From the IMG/VR virus record IMGVR_UViG_3300046171_000252, positions 143,617-207,616 of that record: a DNA stretch of 64,000 nucleotides; one strand, 5' to 3'. Under the pieces are notes generated by a model, which saw only the letters and a list, made by a program, of their open reading frames with translations, did not search any database and was not told where the DNA came from. How positions within the stretch are numbered: position 1 is the first letter of the stretch; every line of letters starts with the position of its first letter. Shown here piece after piece: positions 37,880 to 47,423 of the stretch. A program made the position numbers and the translations under genes.

Positions 37880-38988
37880 AAATTGGACTTATTGGTGCAG
37901 GAAGACTTGGTATCTGTCTTGCTCTCTTGATTGAAAGAGCAGGATATGATGTCTTAGTGTCTGATATCAGAGAAGACTACGTTTCTAATCTGAATAAAAA
38001 GAGAATTAATACCAATGAACCGGGGGTCGGATGGTATCTCAAACAAACTGAAAGATTTGAAGCAACCACCGACAATCAACGTGTCATCAATGAGTGTGAT
38101 ATTATAATTTGTCTTGTTGCAACTCCTTCTCTTGATGATGGTTCTTATGATGTAAGTTCTGTCTGGAAAGTTGTTGAAGACTTCAAGAGTTCATCTGCAA
38201 AACTAAGTGGTAAAACTTTTATAGTTGGTTGCACGACAAATCCAGGTGACTGCGAACAATTTGCAGAACAATTAGATTCCTTTGGTATTGATGTTTTCTA
38301 TAATCCAGAGTTTATTGCTCAGGGTTCTGTCATCAAAGATTTGCAGAATGCAGACATGGTTCTGATTGGTGGTGAAGGTAAGTATCTTGAAGAGATTAAA
38401 CAGATCTACTTTAAGATTCAAGTCAGTGCACCAAAAATTTATACGATGAGCACTACTGCTGCCGAACTTGTAAAGTTGGCAGTCAATTGTTATTTGACTA
38501 CTAAGATTTCATATGCCAATATGGTGGGCGAGGTCATGTCTCTGTCCGGAATGGGAGATGAAATAGAAGATGTTTTATCTGCTATTGGTGCTGATAGTCG
38601 TGTCGGGTCTAAGTATCTTAAGTTTGGATATGGGTATGGTGGTCCTTGTCTTCCTAGGGACAATCGTGCCTTTGCTGCTCATGCTAAAAAACTTGGATTG
38701 GAATATAATCTTGGGTCAACCACAGATAAATTTAATACCGAACACAATAAGTTTTTGGTTGACTGGGTAGTTCGCAATAATGAAAAAGAACTTCCTTTTG
38801 CTTTTTCATATGTTTCATACAAAGAAGGAACCGATATTGTAGAAGAAAGTCAACAATATCGTCTATGTCTTGAATTATTAAATCTTGGTTATAAAGTTTA
38901 TGTTGTGGATGATCTTGTAGAATCCCAATGTGATGATAGAATTATTTGGGGAATCCCTTCTGAAGAAGTATTTTGGATTGAATTATGA
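37876..38988 (+). CDS. ugd: UDP-glucose/GDP-mannose dehydrogenase family
   Basis: GAGRLG, YNPEF, AELVKLAVN, GYGGPCLPRD. Confidence 0.88.
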   Translation: MKIGLIGAGRLGICLALLIERAGYDVLVSDIREDYVSNLNKKRINTNEPGVGWYLKQTERFEATTDNQRVINECDIIICLVATPSLDDGSYDVSSVWKVVEDFKSSSAKLSGKTFIVGCTTNPGDCEQFAEQLDSFGIDVFYNPEFIAQGSVIKDLQNADMVLIGGEGKYLEEIKQIYFKIQVSAPKIYTMSTTAAELVKLAVNCYLTTKISYANMVGEVMSLSGMGDEIEDVLSAIGADSRVGSKYLKFGYGYGGPCLPRDNRAFAAHAKKLGLEYNLGSTTDKFNTEHNKFLVDWVVRNNEKELPFAFSYVSYKEGTDIVEESQQYRLCLELLNLGYKVYVVDDLVESQCDDRIIWGIPSEEVFWIEL

Positions 38989-39787
38989 ATGATATCGGAG
39001 ACAAAAATAAAGCAATACATAAACTCAAAGGACTTCCTCACATCTACTGCATCAATCTAGATGACAAGGTAGATAGATGGGAATCAATGGAGTCTCAGTT
39101 TAAGTATTGGGAGATTGAAAATTATACTCGTGTGTCTGCTTATGATGGTCGTGAGGATGATCTTGGTTCAATGTTGAAGGGACGTTATCCTGATAATATG
39201 TCTTCTGGCGAGGTGGGGTGTGTTACATCTCATCTCAAAGCACTCAAAGAATTTTTGGATTCTGATGAAAAATGTGCTCTTATTATGGAAGATGATTGTG
39301 ATATCAATACTGTTAGTTACTGGCCTTTTTCTTGGAAGAACTTCTTTTGCAAAGTTCCTTATGATTATGATGTAGTTCAACTTGCAATCATTAATCCTGC
39401 ACAGGTTAATGTAAAAATGCATAGAAGGTTTGTCAATGATTTTTCTACAGGCATGTTATTTAATTAATCGTCGGTATGCTCAGAAGTTGCTTGATCTTCA
39501 TACCAGAGGCGATAAATACAAACTTGACAATGGAGTTAAACCTCGTGCTGTTGCCGATGATTTGATTTACAATTCTGGTAATACTTTTGCCATTCCACTC
39601 TTTCTTTATAAGATAGAGTTGGGTTCAGACATTCATGATGCTCATGTTGATGTATTTCATAAAAGCAGTTATGAAGGGTCTATGGAACTTCTGGAAAAAT
39701 GATGCATCATCTATTGAGGACTGGGATGGTCTGTTTGACTATGACCCATACTTTGGAACACTTCCTCCTGGATGGGAGGGCAAATGA
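38985..39787 (+). CDS. glycosyltransferase family 25 (apparent +1 errors near 39451 and 39677)
   Basis: INLDDKVDR, GEVGCVTSH, MEDD; STACYLI continues in shifted frame. Confidence 0.8.
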
Positions 39788-39960
39788 TGAATGATGATAG
39801 TGTAAATGATCTATGGGAAGATATGGCACGACTCAATATGCTTTATGAAGAGTTGTGCTGGGATCACGATGATGTCCTTGAATTTGTTCCTGACTATAAT
39901 GAGGACGTAATTGTCATCCGGAACAAAAGCAGGAAAAAATCATCCAGGCACAGGGGTTGA
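39784..39960 (+). CDS. hypothetical protein
   Basis: MMNDDSVNDLWEDMARLNMLYEELCW; ATGA overlap. Confidence 0.6.
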   Translation: MMNDDSVNDLWEDMARLNMLYEELCWDHDDVLEFVPDYNEDVIVIRNKSRKKSSRHRG

Positions 39961-39990
39961 CAGAGACCCAAAACAGTGGTATTATAAATA
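39957..39990 (+). promoter_or_regulatory. composite sigma70 + T4 late promoter of psbA
   Basis: TTGACA-N17-TATTAT overlapping TATAAATA at 39983. Confidence 0.8.
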
Positions 39991-40045
39991 AGTCAGCAGG
40001 TTAAGGAACCAACACATTTCTTAACAAGTCTTCACACCCCTCAAA

Positions 40046-40139
40046 CCAAGACCTATAGGGTGTATAAAAACGTCTTTCATACCTGTATCTAAGGGTGATA
40101 CAGGAATAGTAAAACCATCATTTCCCTGATGATCTTACT
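40046..40139 (+). ncRNA. PhotoRC-II RNA motif
   Basis: psbA leader with CCTGTATC/GATACAGG and ATCA-TTTCCC-TGAT hairpins; resembles recalled PhotoRC-II consensus. Confidence 0.75.
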
Positions 40140-40153
40140 TTTTTTTCAGTACA

Positions 40154-41239
40154 ATGGCTAACGCTACACTTCAACAAAATCAATCCCAATCGTCATGGAA
40201 TAACTTCTGTGATTGGGTCACAAGCACTGACAACCGTCTGTATGTCGGTTGGTTCGGAGTCCTCATGATTCCAACTCTGCTTGCTGCTACAAAATTTGCT
40301 TCATCGTTGCATTCGTTGCTGCTCCTCCTGTGGACATTGACGGCATTCGCGAACCAGTTGCTGGTTCACTCATGTATGGAAACAACATCATTTCTGGTGC
40401 TGTCGTCCCCTCTAGCAACGCAATCGGTCTCCACTTCTACCCCATCTGGGAAGCTGCATCTTTGGATGAATGGCTTTACAATGGCGGTCCTTTCCAACTG
40501 GTTATCTTCCACTTCCTTATCGGCATCTATGCATATATGGGACGTGAGTGGGAACTCTCTTACCGTTTAGGTATGCGTCCATGGATCTGTGTTGCATACT
40601 CTGCACCAGTCGCTGCTGCGAGTGCAGTATTCCTCGTCTATCCTTTCGGTCAAGGTTCTTTCTCTGATGCTATGCCTCTTGGTATCTCTGGTACTTTTAA
40701 CTACATGCTTGTATTCCAAGCAGAACACAATATCCTTATGCACCCGTTCCACATGCTCGGTGTTGCTGGGGTATTCGGTGGATCTTTGTTCTCTGCTATG
40801 CACGGAAGTCTCGTTACTTCCTCGCTTGTTCGTGAAACGACTGAAACTGAGTCACAGAACTATGGTTATAAGTTCGGTCAAGAGGAAGAGACCGTACAAC
40901 ATCGTTGCTGCCCACGGGTACTTCGGTCGCTTGATCTTCCAATACGCATCATTCAACAACTCCCGTTCCTTGCACTTCTTCCTTGCTGCATGGCCTGTTG
41001 TCGGCATCTGGTTCACCGCACTTGGCGTCTCCACGATGGCATTCAACCTGAACGGTTTCAACTTCAACCAGTCCATCCTTGATGGTCAGGGTCGTGTGTT
41101 GAACACCTGGGCAGACGTTCTGAATCGTGCTGGTCTTGGTATGGAAGTTATGCATGAGCGTAACGCACACAACTTCCCACTCGACCTTGCTGCTGCTGAG
41201 TCAACTCCTGTTGCACTCACCGCACCCACAGTCGGTTGA
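40154..41239 (+). CDS. psbA: photosystem II D1 (apparent indels near 40292 and 40894)
   Basis: [36 protein letters not shown]; 1086 nt = 360 codons + stop + 3 extra bases; no intron. Confidence 0.97.
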
Positions 41240-41266
41240 TATATCTGCTATAATTAATAGGAAGCA

Positions 41267-41295
41267 AGGGGGGTCTTCGGATCCCCTCTTTTTTT
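41267..41295 (+). terminator. intrinsic terminator after psbA
   Basis: GGGGGGTC-TTCG-GATCCCCT + T-run. Confidence 0.85.
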
Positions 41296-41328
41296 ACTTA
41301 CAAATGTTAAGTTTAATTACTTATTCTC

Positions 41329-41592
41329 ATGAACGGAAAATTAGATCCAGAAGAAAGAATCTTGGATGATGTCTTACCAGAACCACCGAAATGGTTTTCT
41401 CAAACTTCTGACGAACCATATGATAGACATCACTATCGATTTGTGTATTCAGACGGTCAAAGTAAAATCTTTGAGAGTTATGAACGAGCACAACAAGAAT
41501 GGTTCAATCTTCCAACAGTATTCAAATCTCATATAGAAGTTTTGGATATTAAAAACAAAAAACAAAAAAATTTAAAAGGAGGTTTTAAATAG
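41329..41592 (+). CDS. hypothetical protein between psbA and psbD
   Basis: 87 aa, [11 protein letters not shown]; no nuclease motif. Confidence 0.65.
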   Translation: MNGKLDPEERILDDVLPEPPKWFSQTSDEPYDRHHYRFVYSDGQSKIFESYERAQQEWFNLPTVFKSHIEVLDIKNKKQKNLKGGFK

Positions 41593-42658
41593 TGACAACA
41601 TCAACATTAGTACAACAACAGGGGAGGGGATGGTTTGATGTACTCGACGACTGGCTTAAGCGGGATCGTTTCGTTTTTATTGGCTGGTCTGGACTTCTTC
41701 TTCTACCCACTGCTTATCTTGCTATTGGCGGTTGGCTTACTGGCACGACTTTCGTTACGAGCTGGTATACCCATGGTCTCGCTAGTTCCTATCTTGAGGG
41801 TGCAAACTTTCTTACAGCGTCAGTTAGCACTCCAGCTGACGCTATGGGTCATTCTCTTCTTCTTCTCTGGGGTCCTGAGGCTCAGGGGGATTTCGTCCGC
41901 TGGATCCAACTTGGGGGACTCTGGAATTTTGTGGCACTACACGGAGCATTTCGCCCTCATTGGTTTCATGCTTCGTCAATTCGAGTTGGCTAGGTTAATT
42001 GGAATCCGTCCCGTACAATGCTATTGCTTTCTCTGGGCCTATCGCTGTATTCGTGTCAGTGTGTTTCCTCATCTATCCTCTCGGACAGTCCAGCTTGGTT
42101 CTTTGCGCCGACGTTTCGGTGTCGCGGCGATATTCAGGTTCCTTCTCTTCCTACAGGGCTTTCCATAACTGGACGCTCAACCCATTCCATATGATGGGAG
42201 TTGCTGGTATACTGGGAGGAGCACTACTCAGTGCTATTCATGGCGTAACTGTAGAGAATACATTGTATGAAGATGGAGAGCAAGCAAATACCTTTAAGGC
42301 GTTTGATTCAACTCAGGAAGAGGAAACTTATTCTATGGTCACTGCAAACCGCTTCTGGTCGCAGATCTTCGGCATTGCGTTTTCTAACAAGCGTTGGCTT
42401 CATTTCTTCATGTTGTTTGTGCCTGTTATGGGTCTATGGACATCCAGTATTGGCATTATTGGTCTTGCTCTCAATCTTCGTGCTTACGATTTCGTGAGTC
42501 AAGAGATCAGAGCAGCAGAAGATCCTGAGTTTGAGACATTCTATACAAAGAATATCCTACTCAATGAAGGACTTCGTGCATGGTTGGCACCAGTTGATCA
42601 ACCACATGAGTCATTCGTTTTTCCAGAGGAAGTTCTTCCTCGTGGTAATGCTTTATAA
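41592..42658 (+). CDS. psbD: photosystem II D2 (about 8 inserted bases in 41948-42165)
   Basis: [41 protein letters not shown]. Confidence 0.97.
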
Positions 42659-42670
42659 TATTTTTATATC

Positions 42671-42702
42671 GTGAAGCGATTAGAATTTTTTAATCGCTTC
42701 AT
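42671..42702. terminator. hairpin after psbD
   Basis: TGAAGCGATTA/TAATCGCTTCA 11-bp inverted repeat. Confidence 0.6.
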
Positions 42703-42759
42703 TTATCCTTTAATAGGGATTCTTCTCATTAAAACTTCAACCTTAAACTTAAATAAGAT

Positions 42760-43014
42760 ATGATTAAATCACTCTTTAGTTTCATGTTTGCTGCTCTAAT
42801 GTGGGTGCAAGTTCCGCAGTGGAGTGACGACTGGTCTAAGTGTTCAGTTGATGTGCCAGACACAGCATGTCATTGGTATATCACTGCCCCTGATAGCACG
42901 ATGGGTGAAGGGTTCAGTTGGGCAAATGCTCCCTGGTTTAGTGTTGAAGGTCTCAGAGATATTGGAGAACTTCATGACACTATGGCATCAATTCAAAAAA
43001 GTTCCGAACTATGA
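42760..43014 (+). CDS. Trp-rich hypothetical protein
   Basis: WVQVPQWSDDWSKCSVDVPD. Confidence 0.7.
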   Translation: MIKSLFSFMFAALMWVQVPQWSDDWSKCSVDVPDTACHWYITAPDSTMGEGFSWANAPWFSVEGLRDIGELHDTMASIQKSSEL

Positions 43015-43226
43015 ATCACTATCTAGTATTTGTTTATGGTGTTTGCTTCGCACTTATTGGTGGTGCTGCATTCGCAATGATGTGGGCAAATATCATGTCA
43101 ATTGATATGAAACCCAGACCAATCAGACCAATCAAATCTAAACATCCTGAAGCACCTGAACCAGGTGAAGAGTTGATGTATGTAGATTTGACCAGAGAAA
43201 AACTTGAGGATTTGTATAATGATTAA
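43011..43226 (+). CDS. single-TM hypothetical protein
   Basis: TM helix then HPEAPEPGEELMYVDL. Confidence 0.65.
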   Translation: MNHYLVFVYGVCFALIGGAAFAMMWANIMSIDMKPRPIRPIKSKHPEAPEPGEELMYVDLTREKLEDLYND

Positions 43227-43617
43227 GTCATTGGGATTTTTACTTCTTCGTTTATCAATAGGCATCATGCTTATTCATCATGGATACGAGAAACTAGAGA
43301 ACATTGAAAACTTTGCGGATGCATTTGTAAGACCATTACATCTTCCATTCCCAGTTTTCTTCTCATATATCGCAGCATTCTCTGAGATTGTGGGAAGTTG
43401 GTTTGTTATCTTTGGACTTGCTACTCGGTTCGGTGCCTTGGCAATCTTGGGCACTGTATCATTTGGAATCTATCATGCCTTAGTTACAGCAGGATTCAAT
43501 ATCTATTTGTTAGAACTTCTGGTTCTTTATTGGGGAGGTGCAGCATGTATCGTTCTCAATGGTGGTGGTAAGTTCTCAATAGATCATCTAATAGTAAGAC
43601 AATTTAATTCATTGTAG
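43219..43617 (+). CDS. DoxX family membrane protein
   Basis: LLLRLSIGIMLIHHGYEKL, EIVG...G..TR, GGGKFSID. Confidence 0.88.
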   Translation: MIKSLGFLLLRLSIGIMLIHHGYEKLENIENFADAFVRPLHLPFPVFFSYIAAFSEIVGSWFVIFGLATRFGALAILGTVSFGIYHALVTAGFNIYLLELLVLYWGGAACIVLNGGGKFSIDHLIVRQFNSL

Positions 43618-43626
43618 AAAAACTGT

Positions 43627-43704
43627 ATGAAGAAAAATAGAGGATGTTGCGGAGCAGGATGTTATGACTGTCCATTCAAACCACCTCCTAGACCATCCTC
43701 TTGA
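43627..43704 (+). CDS. 25-aa Cys-rich peptide
   Basis: MKKNRGCCGAGCYDCPFKPPPRPSS. Confidence 0.4.
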   Translation: MKKNRGCCGAGCYDCPFKPPPRPSS

Positions 43705-43729
43705 CGGGGGTGGTTTCTTATTGTATAAT
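43701..43729 (+). promoter_or_regulatory. sigma70-type promoter of purC
   Basis: TTGACG-N17-TATAAT, then hairpin GAGGGT/ACCCTC + T5. Confidence 0.8.
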
Positions 43730-43754
43730 ATGAGGGTTAAACACCCTCTTTTTA

Positions 43755-44453
43755 ATGGAAGTAATTACAGAAGGCAAGGTTAAAACTGTTTATCGGGGTG
43801 ATGATGCACAGCAAGTCATTATTGAGTATCATGATAAAGTGACTGCTGGTAATGGAGAGAAGGAAGATCATCCTTTAGGAAAAGGATCTCTCTGTTGCAG
43901 CATCTCATCAATTATCTTTGAGAAACTTGCCAAAGAAAATATTCCAACACATTATATTAATATGGTTGGTGCTAATAAGATGGTATGTAAGAAGGTAGAA
44001 ATTGTCCCATTAGAAGTTATCTGTAGAAATCGTGCTGCCGGATCTATTGTTCGTGAGACAACTCTGGTAGAAGGTGCTCCACTACCACAACCGATTGTTG
44101 AGTTCTTTCTGAAAGATGATAGCAAACACGATCCTCTCCTAACACCAGACCGAGTGCGTCTGATGGGATATGATCCCGAACCTTTCATTGAGATGACCCT
44201 ACGGATTAACGATTATCTCAGGCAGATGTTCTACATCATGGGTATTGATCTGGTTGATTTTAAAGTTGAGTATGGTTATGATGCTCATGGTGATTTGTAT
44301 CTTGCCGATGAGATTAGTCCTGATAGTATGAGACTGTGGAAGATTGGTAGTGATGAGAGATTTGATAAAGACTTATTCAGGAATGACGAAGGTGATATTG
44401 TTCCTGCTTATCGTGAGATCCTTGACCGACTGCAACCACTTGCTATTCAATGA
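43755..44453 (+). CDS. purC: SAICAR synthetase
   Basis: EGKVKTVY, PLEVICRNRAAGS, LVDFKVEYG, LADEISPDSMRLW, FDKD. Confidence 0.96.
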   Translation: MEVITEGKVKTVYRGDDAQQVIIEYHDKVTAGNGEKEDHPLGKGSLCCSISSIIFEKLAKENIPTHYINMVGANKMVCKKVEIVPLEVICRNRAAGSIVRETTLVEGAPLPQPIVEFFLKDDSKHDPLLTPDRVRLMGYDPEPFIEMTLRINDYLRQMFYIMGIDLVDFKVEYGYDAHGDLYLADEISPDSMRLWKIGSDERFDKDLFRNDEGDIVPAYREILDRLQPLAIQ

Positions 44454-44902
44454 AACCTATTGTATGGATGGGCAAAGAACTTACCAACTATCTTATTAAA
44501 GAAGATGGTTCTGTCTTCAATGTAAAATTAAATCGTTGGTTGAAATCAAAAGTTCCAGATACTTATGGATATATGAGATATGGACTTCATGTTCCTTTGG
44601 ATTTCTATGAAGATTATAATTATAAAATCAATAATCCTAACGGAAGGACTAGGTGTGTGACAATTAGAACTCATAAAGCATTGATGAATACATTTCGTCC
44701 AGTAGATGAGTATCCTCCAATTCCAAAGGAGGATTGGGATAAATGTCCAGAATGTGCGAAACAATGGATTAGAGATACTGTTTATGTTGATCACATTAAC
44801 GGTGTGAGAACAGACAATCGTTTAGAAAATCTTTGTTATGTAACTCCTAGACAAAATTCAAATCATTATAAAAACAAACTAAATGAAACACAAAATCCCT
44901 GA
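44450..44902 (+). mobile_element. free-standing HNH homing endonuclease
   Basis: NUMOD4-like N-terminus; VDHINGVRTDNRLENL..VT..QN. Confidence 0.82.
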
Positions 44903-45152
44903 TGAGATTAGAAAGAATGCTTTTGATTGCTTCAAGAGTTTGAATGCTGCTGAAAGAGCAGTTGTTATGTATGGTGAGGATGAGTATCGTAAATCATTGG
45001 ATCTTGAGAATGATGATGCTCCCTGTTGGAAGATTCCAAGTAAGGAATCCACAACATTTGTAGGTTGGAATCCTATGTGTATTCCCACAATGGATTACAT
45101 AGTATGGAAATTAAAACGTCGTGAACAAATTGCAAAAGGAGAAATTCACTAA
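44883..45152 (+). CDS. hypothetical protein
   Basis: 89-aa ORF coupled to purM. Confidence 0.65.
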   Translation: MKHKIPDEIRKNAFDCFKSLNAAERAVVMYGEDEYRKSLDLENDDAPCWKIPSKESTTFVGWNPMCIPTMDYIVWKLKRREQIAKGEIH

Positions 45153-46084
45153 TGGATTATAAAACTTCTGGTGTTGATATTATTAAAGGTAGATCTTTTG
45201 TAGAGTATATTAAAGCACTATCACCTAACATTGGTGGGTTCAGTGGAATGATGGAGATCTCACCAGGATATGAGAAACCTGTTCTAGTATCTGGTGCTGA
45301 TGGTGTTGGAACCAAAATTAATATTTGTAGGATTGCTGATGATTACACTACTATTGGTCAGGACCTTGTTGCTATGTGCGTTAATGACGTTATATGTTCT
45401 GGCGCTAAACCATTATATTTTCTAGACTATATCTCTACCAAATCACTTGATGATAATGTTCGTGATATTGTTGATGGAGTTGCCACTGGTTGTGTGATGG
45501 CTGGAATGGAATTGTTAGGTGGAGAAACGGCAGAGCATTTTAGGCAAACTGATTATGACCTTGCCGGTTTCTGTACTGGTATTGTAGAGAAGAATGAGAT
45601 TATTGATGGTAGTAATATCCGGGCAGGTGATGTAGTTATTGGTATTGAGAGTAGTGGTCTTCATAGTAATGGATATACACTCATCAATGATATGCTATGG
45701 AGAAATAAAATCTTTTACAAAGAGATGCCTGAGTTGTTGGTGCCAACCACCATCTATGCTCGTCTCATTCAGCGCCTGTTGGACGAAGTTCCTATTCTAG
45801 GCATGGCACACATCACAGGTGGAGGACTGCCTGAGAATCTTCCTAGATGTATTCCTAAGGGTTTAGGTGTAGATTTTGACTATGATGCTTGGGAACGACC
45901 AGAACTGTTTAACAAGATTCAGGAGGCAGGAGACATTGCCGAGGAAGAGATGCGTAATGTATTCAATCTTGGTATTGGATTCTGTTTGGTAGTGCCACAA
46001 GAGGTGGCAGAATTAACTCAGGGTTTGATTGCTGATACTCCATTTGGTATGCGATCATGGATAATTGGGAGCATAAAAGATTGA
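45152..46084 (+). CDS. purM: AIR synthetase
   Basis: YKTSGVDI, DGVGTK, GQDLVAMCVND, GGETAEH, SSGLHSNGY, HITGGG. Confidence 0.96.
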   Translation: MDYKTSGVDIIKGRSFVEYIKALSPNIGGFSGMMEISPGYEKPVLVSGADGVGTKINICRIADDYTTIGQDLVAMCVNDVICSGAKPLYFLDYISTKSLDDNVRDIVDGVATGCVMAGMELLGGETAEHFRQTDYDLAGFCTGIVEKNEIIDGSNIRAGDVVIGIESSGLHSNGYTLINDMLWRNKIFYKEMPELLVPTTIYARLIQRLLDEVPILGMAHITGGGLPENLPRCIPKGLGVDFDYDAWERPELFNKIQEAGDIAEEEMRNVFNLGIGFCLVVPQEVAELTQGLIADTPFGMRSWIIGSIKD

Positions 46085-46109
46085 CAAATATTACTGTGTG
46101 ATATATAAT
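46081..46109 (+). promoter_or_regulatory. sigma70-type promoter of petF
   Basis: TTGACA-N17-TATAAT. Confidence 0.85.
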
Positions 46110-46132
46110 ATTCACAACAAACAAAACGATAC

Positions 46133-46426
46133 ATGAACTATTCCATTACACTTAAAGCACCTGACGGCACCGAAAGTGTTATTGATTGTCCTGATGATTC
46201 TTACATCCTAGATGCTGCCGAAGAAGCAGGTATTGACCTCCCCTATTCCTGTCGTGCAGGTGCATGTTCTTCTTGTGCAGGTAAAATTCTAAGTGGTACT
46301 GTAGATCAAAGCGACCAATCGTTCTTGGATGATGATCAGATTGAGGCAGGATTTGCATTGCTGTGTGTATCGTATCCTACTAGTGATTGTGTGGTAGAGG
46401 CAGAAAAAGAAGAGGAACTTTACTGA
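46133..46426 (+). CDS. petF: plant-type [2Fe-2S] ferredoxin
   Basis: [13 protein letters not shown]...LLCV. Confidence 0.97.
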   Translation: MNYSITLKAPDGTESVIDCPDDSYILDAAEEAGIDLPYSCRAGACSSCAGKILSGTVDQSDQSFLDDDQIEAGFALLCVSYPTSDCVVEAEKEEELY

Positions 46427-46433
46427 TAGGTTC

Positions 46434-46462
46434 TTGACAAATATTCTAATACCTTATATAAT
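46434..46462 (+). promoter_or_regulatory. sigma70-type promoter
   Basis: TTGACA-N17-TATAAT; shares TTGACAAATATT with the petF promoter. Confidence 0.85.
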
Positions 46463-46486
46463 TAATCATATGAGAGACCAACAAGA

Positions 46487-46735
46487 ATGAATGATCAATT
46501 TGAAGATGGACTGGAAAGATACAAAAAAAGAATGAACAATATCAAGGAAGAAAAACTTGATTTTGAAGATATGGAACTTCTTCAACTGGAGTTCTATGTA
46601 AGTGAAATGGAGAAAAATTGTTCGATGGGCGGAGAGATTCGTCGTCATGAATCCATCTACAATAAAATCAAAAAAGAACAATCACGACGAATTCTTGTTA
46701 AACTTGAAGAAGAAGCACTCGGTAAATTTAAATGA
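46487..46735 (+). CDS. hypothetical protein
   Basis: 82-aa charged helical ORF. Confidence 0.6.
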   Translation: MNDQFEDGLERYKKRMNNIKEEKLDFEDMELLQLEFYVSEMEKNCSMGGEIRRHESIYNKIKKEQSRRILVKLEEEALGKFK

Positions 46736-46956
46736 AAGATCAACCAATCACAGTTGAAGACTACAAAGAGCACAGTCAAGAGTTCTTTGATAAGTATTTC
46801 TATGTTGCCAAAGAACTTGGTGAAGGTGCTAAGGCAGAAGACATCCTTAAAATTATGGAGTCTCTTGCTGGTGTTATTATGAAGAAAAGGTCTGAAACTA
46901 AAGTAGGACCTTTTGGATTTAATAAAAAAACTTCCGAGGAATCTGAGGAGGAGTGA
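46732..46956 (+). CDS. conserved hypothetical protein
   Basis: 74 aa, ATGA-coupled, GPFGF. Confidence 0.65.
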   Translation: MKDQPITVEDYKEHSQEFFDKYFYVAKELGEGAKAEDILKIMESLAGVIMKKRSETKVGPFGFNKKTSEESEEE

Positions 46957-47129
46957 TGGAAATATTCAGTATTGAAGAATGGGAAAAGAATTTTGATGAA
47001 CTCTTCAAGAGAGTAGAAGACGGAGAGACAATAGGTATAGTTAAAGAAGATGGTAAGGCAGCAGTGATGATGCCTGCCGATGATGAACTAGTGCGAATAC
47101 ACACTGAGAACAATAACGACGCTCAGTAG
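46956..47129 (+). CDS. Phd/YefM-like antitoxin-domain protein (57 aa)
   Basis: NFDELFKRVEDGETIGIVKEDGKAAVMMP matches Phd N-terminal pattern; TGATG-coupled. Confidence 0.6.
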   Translation: MEIFSIEEWEKNFDELFKRVEDGETIGIVKEDGKAAVMMPADDELVRIHTENNNDAQ

Positions 47130-47139
47130 TTCATCATCT

Positions 47140-47227
47140 GCTCGTGAGACTTGGTAGTCAGAGAGGTTTTATAAACCTTTTCCTCCAGATTAGAGGCTTT
47201 GAGATGGTTCAAATCCATCCACGAGTA
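47140..47227 (+). tRNA. atypical long-variable-arm tRNA, anticodon TAT (Ile AUA?)
   Basis: GCTCGTG/CACGAGT acceptor, GATGG-TTCAAAT-CCATC T-arm, GAGGT-TTTATAA-ACCTT anticodon arm; non-canonical D region. Confidence 0.6.
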
Positions 47228-47230
47228 TTT

Positions 47231-47303
47231 GCTTCCTTAGCAATCTGGTGAATGCAGCAAACTCATAATTTGCCTAAGGAGAGTTCGATCCTCTCAGGAA
47301 GCA
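47231..47303 (+). tRNA. tRNA-Met (elongator) or tRNA-Ile2 (CAT)
   Basis: GCTTCCT/AGGAAGC, loop CTCATAA; G1-C72 so not initiator. Confidence 0.9.
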
Positions 47304-47306
47304 TCC

Positions 47307-47391
47307 GCGAGTATGGCGGAATCGGTAGACGCACCAGACTTAAAATCTGTTGAGCATTGTGCTCGTGGGAGTTCAAGTCTCCCTACTCGCA
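47307..47391 (+). tRNA. tRNA-Leu (TAA)
   Basis: class II cloverleaf, loop CTTAAAA. Confidence 0.95.
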
Positions 47392-47423
47392 TTTCTATAT
47401 AAATTTACAAACATTTTTTTAAG

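Noticed and set aside
40154-42658. psbA/psbD as pseudogenes, intron-containing or recoded genes
   Set aside because: Lengths are canonical once a few inserted bases are removed, there is no intron-sized insert, and the same error pattern occurs window-wide
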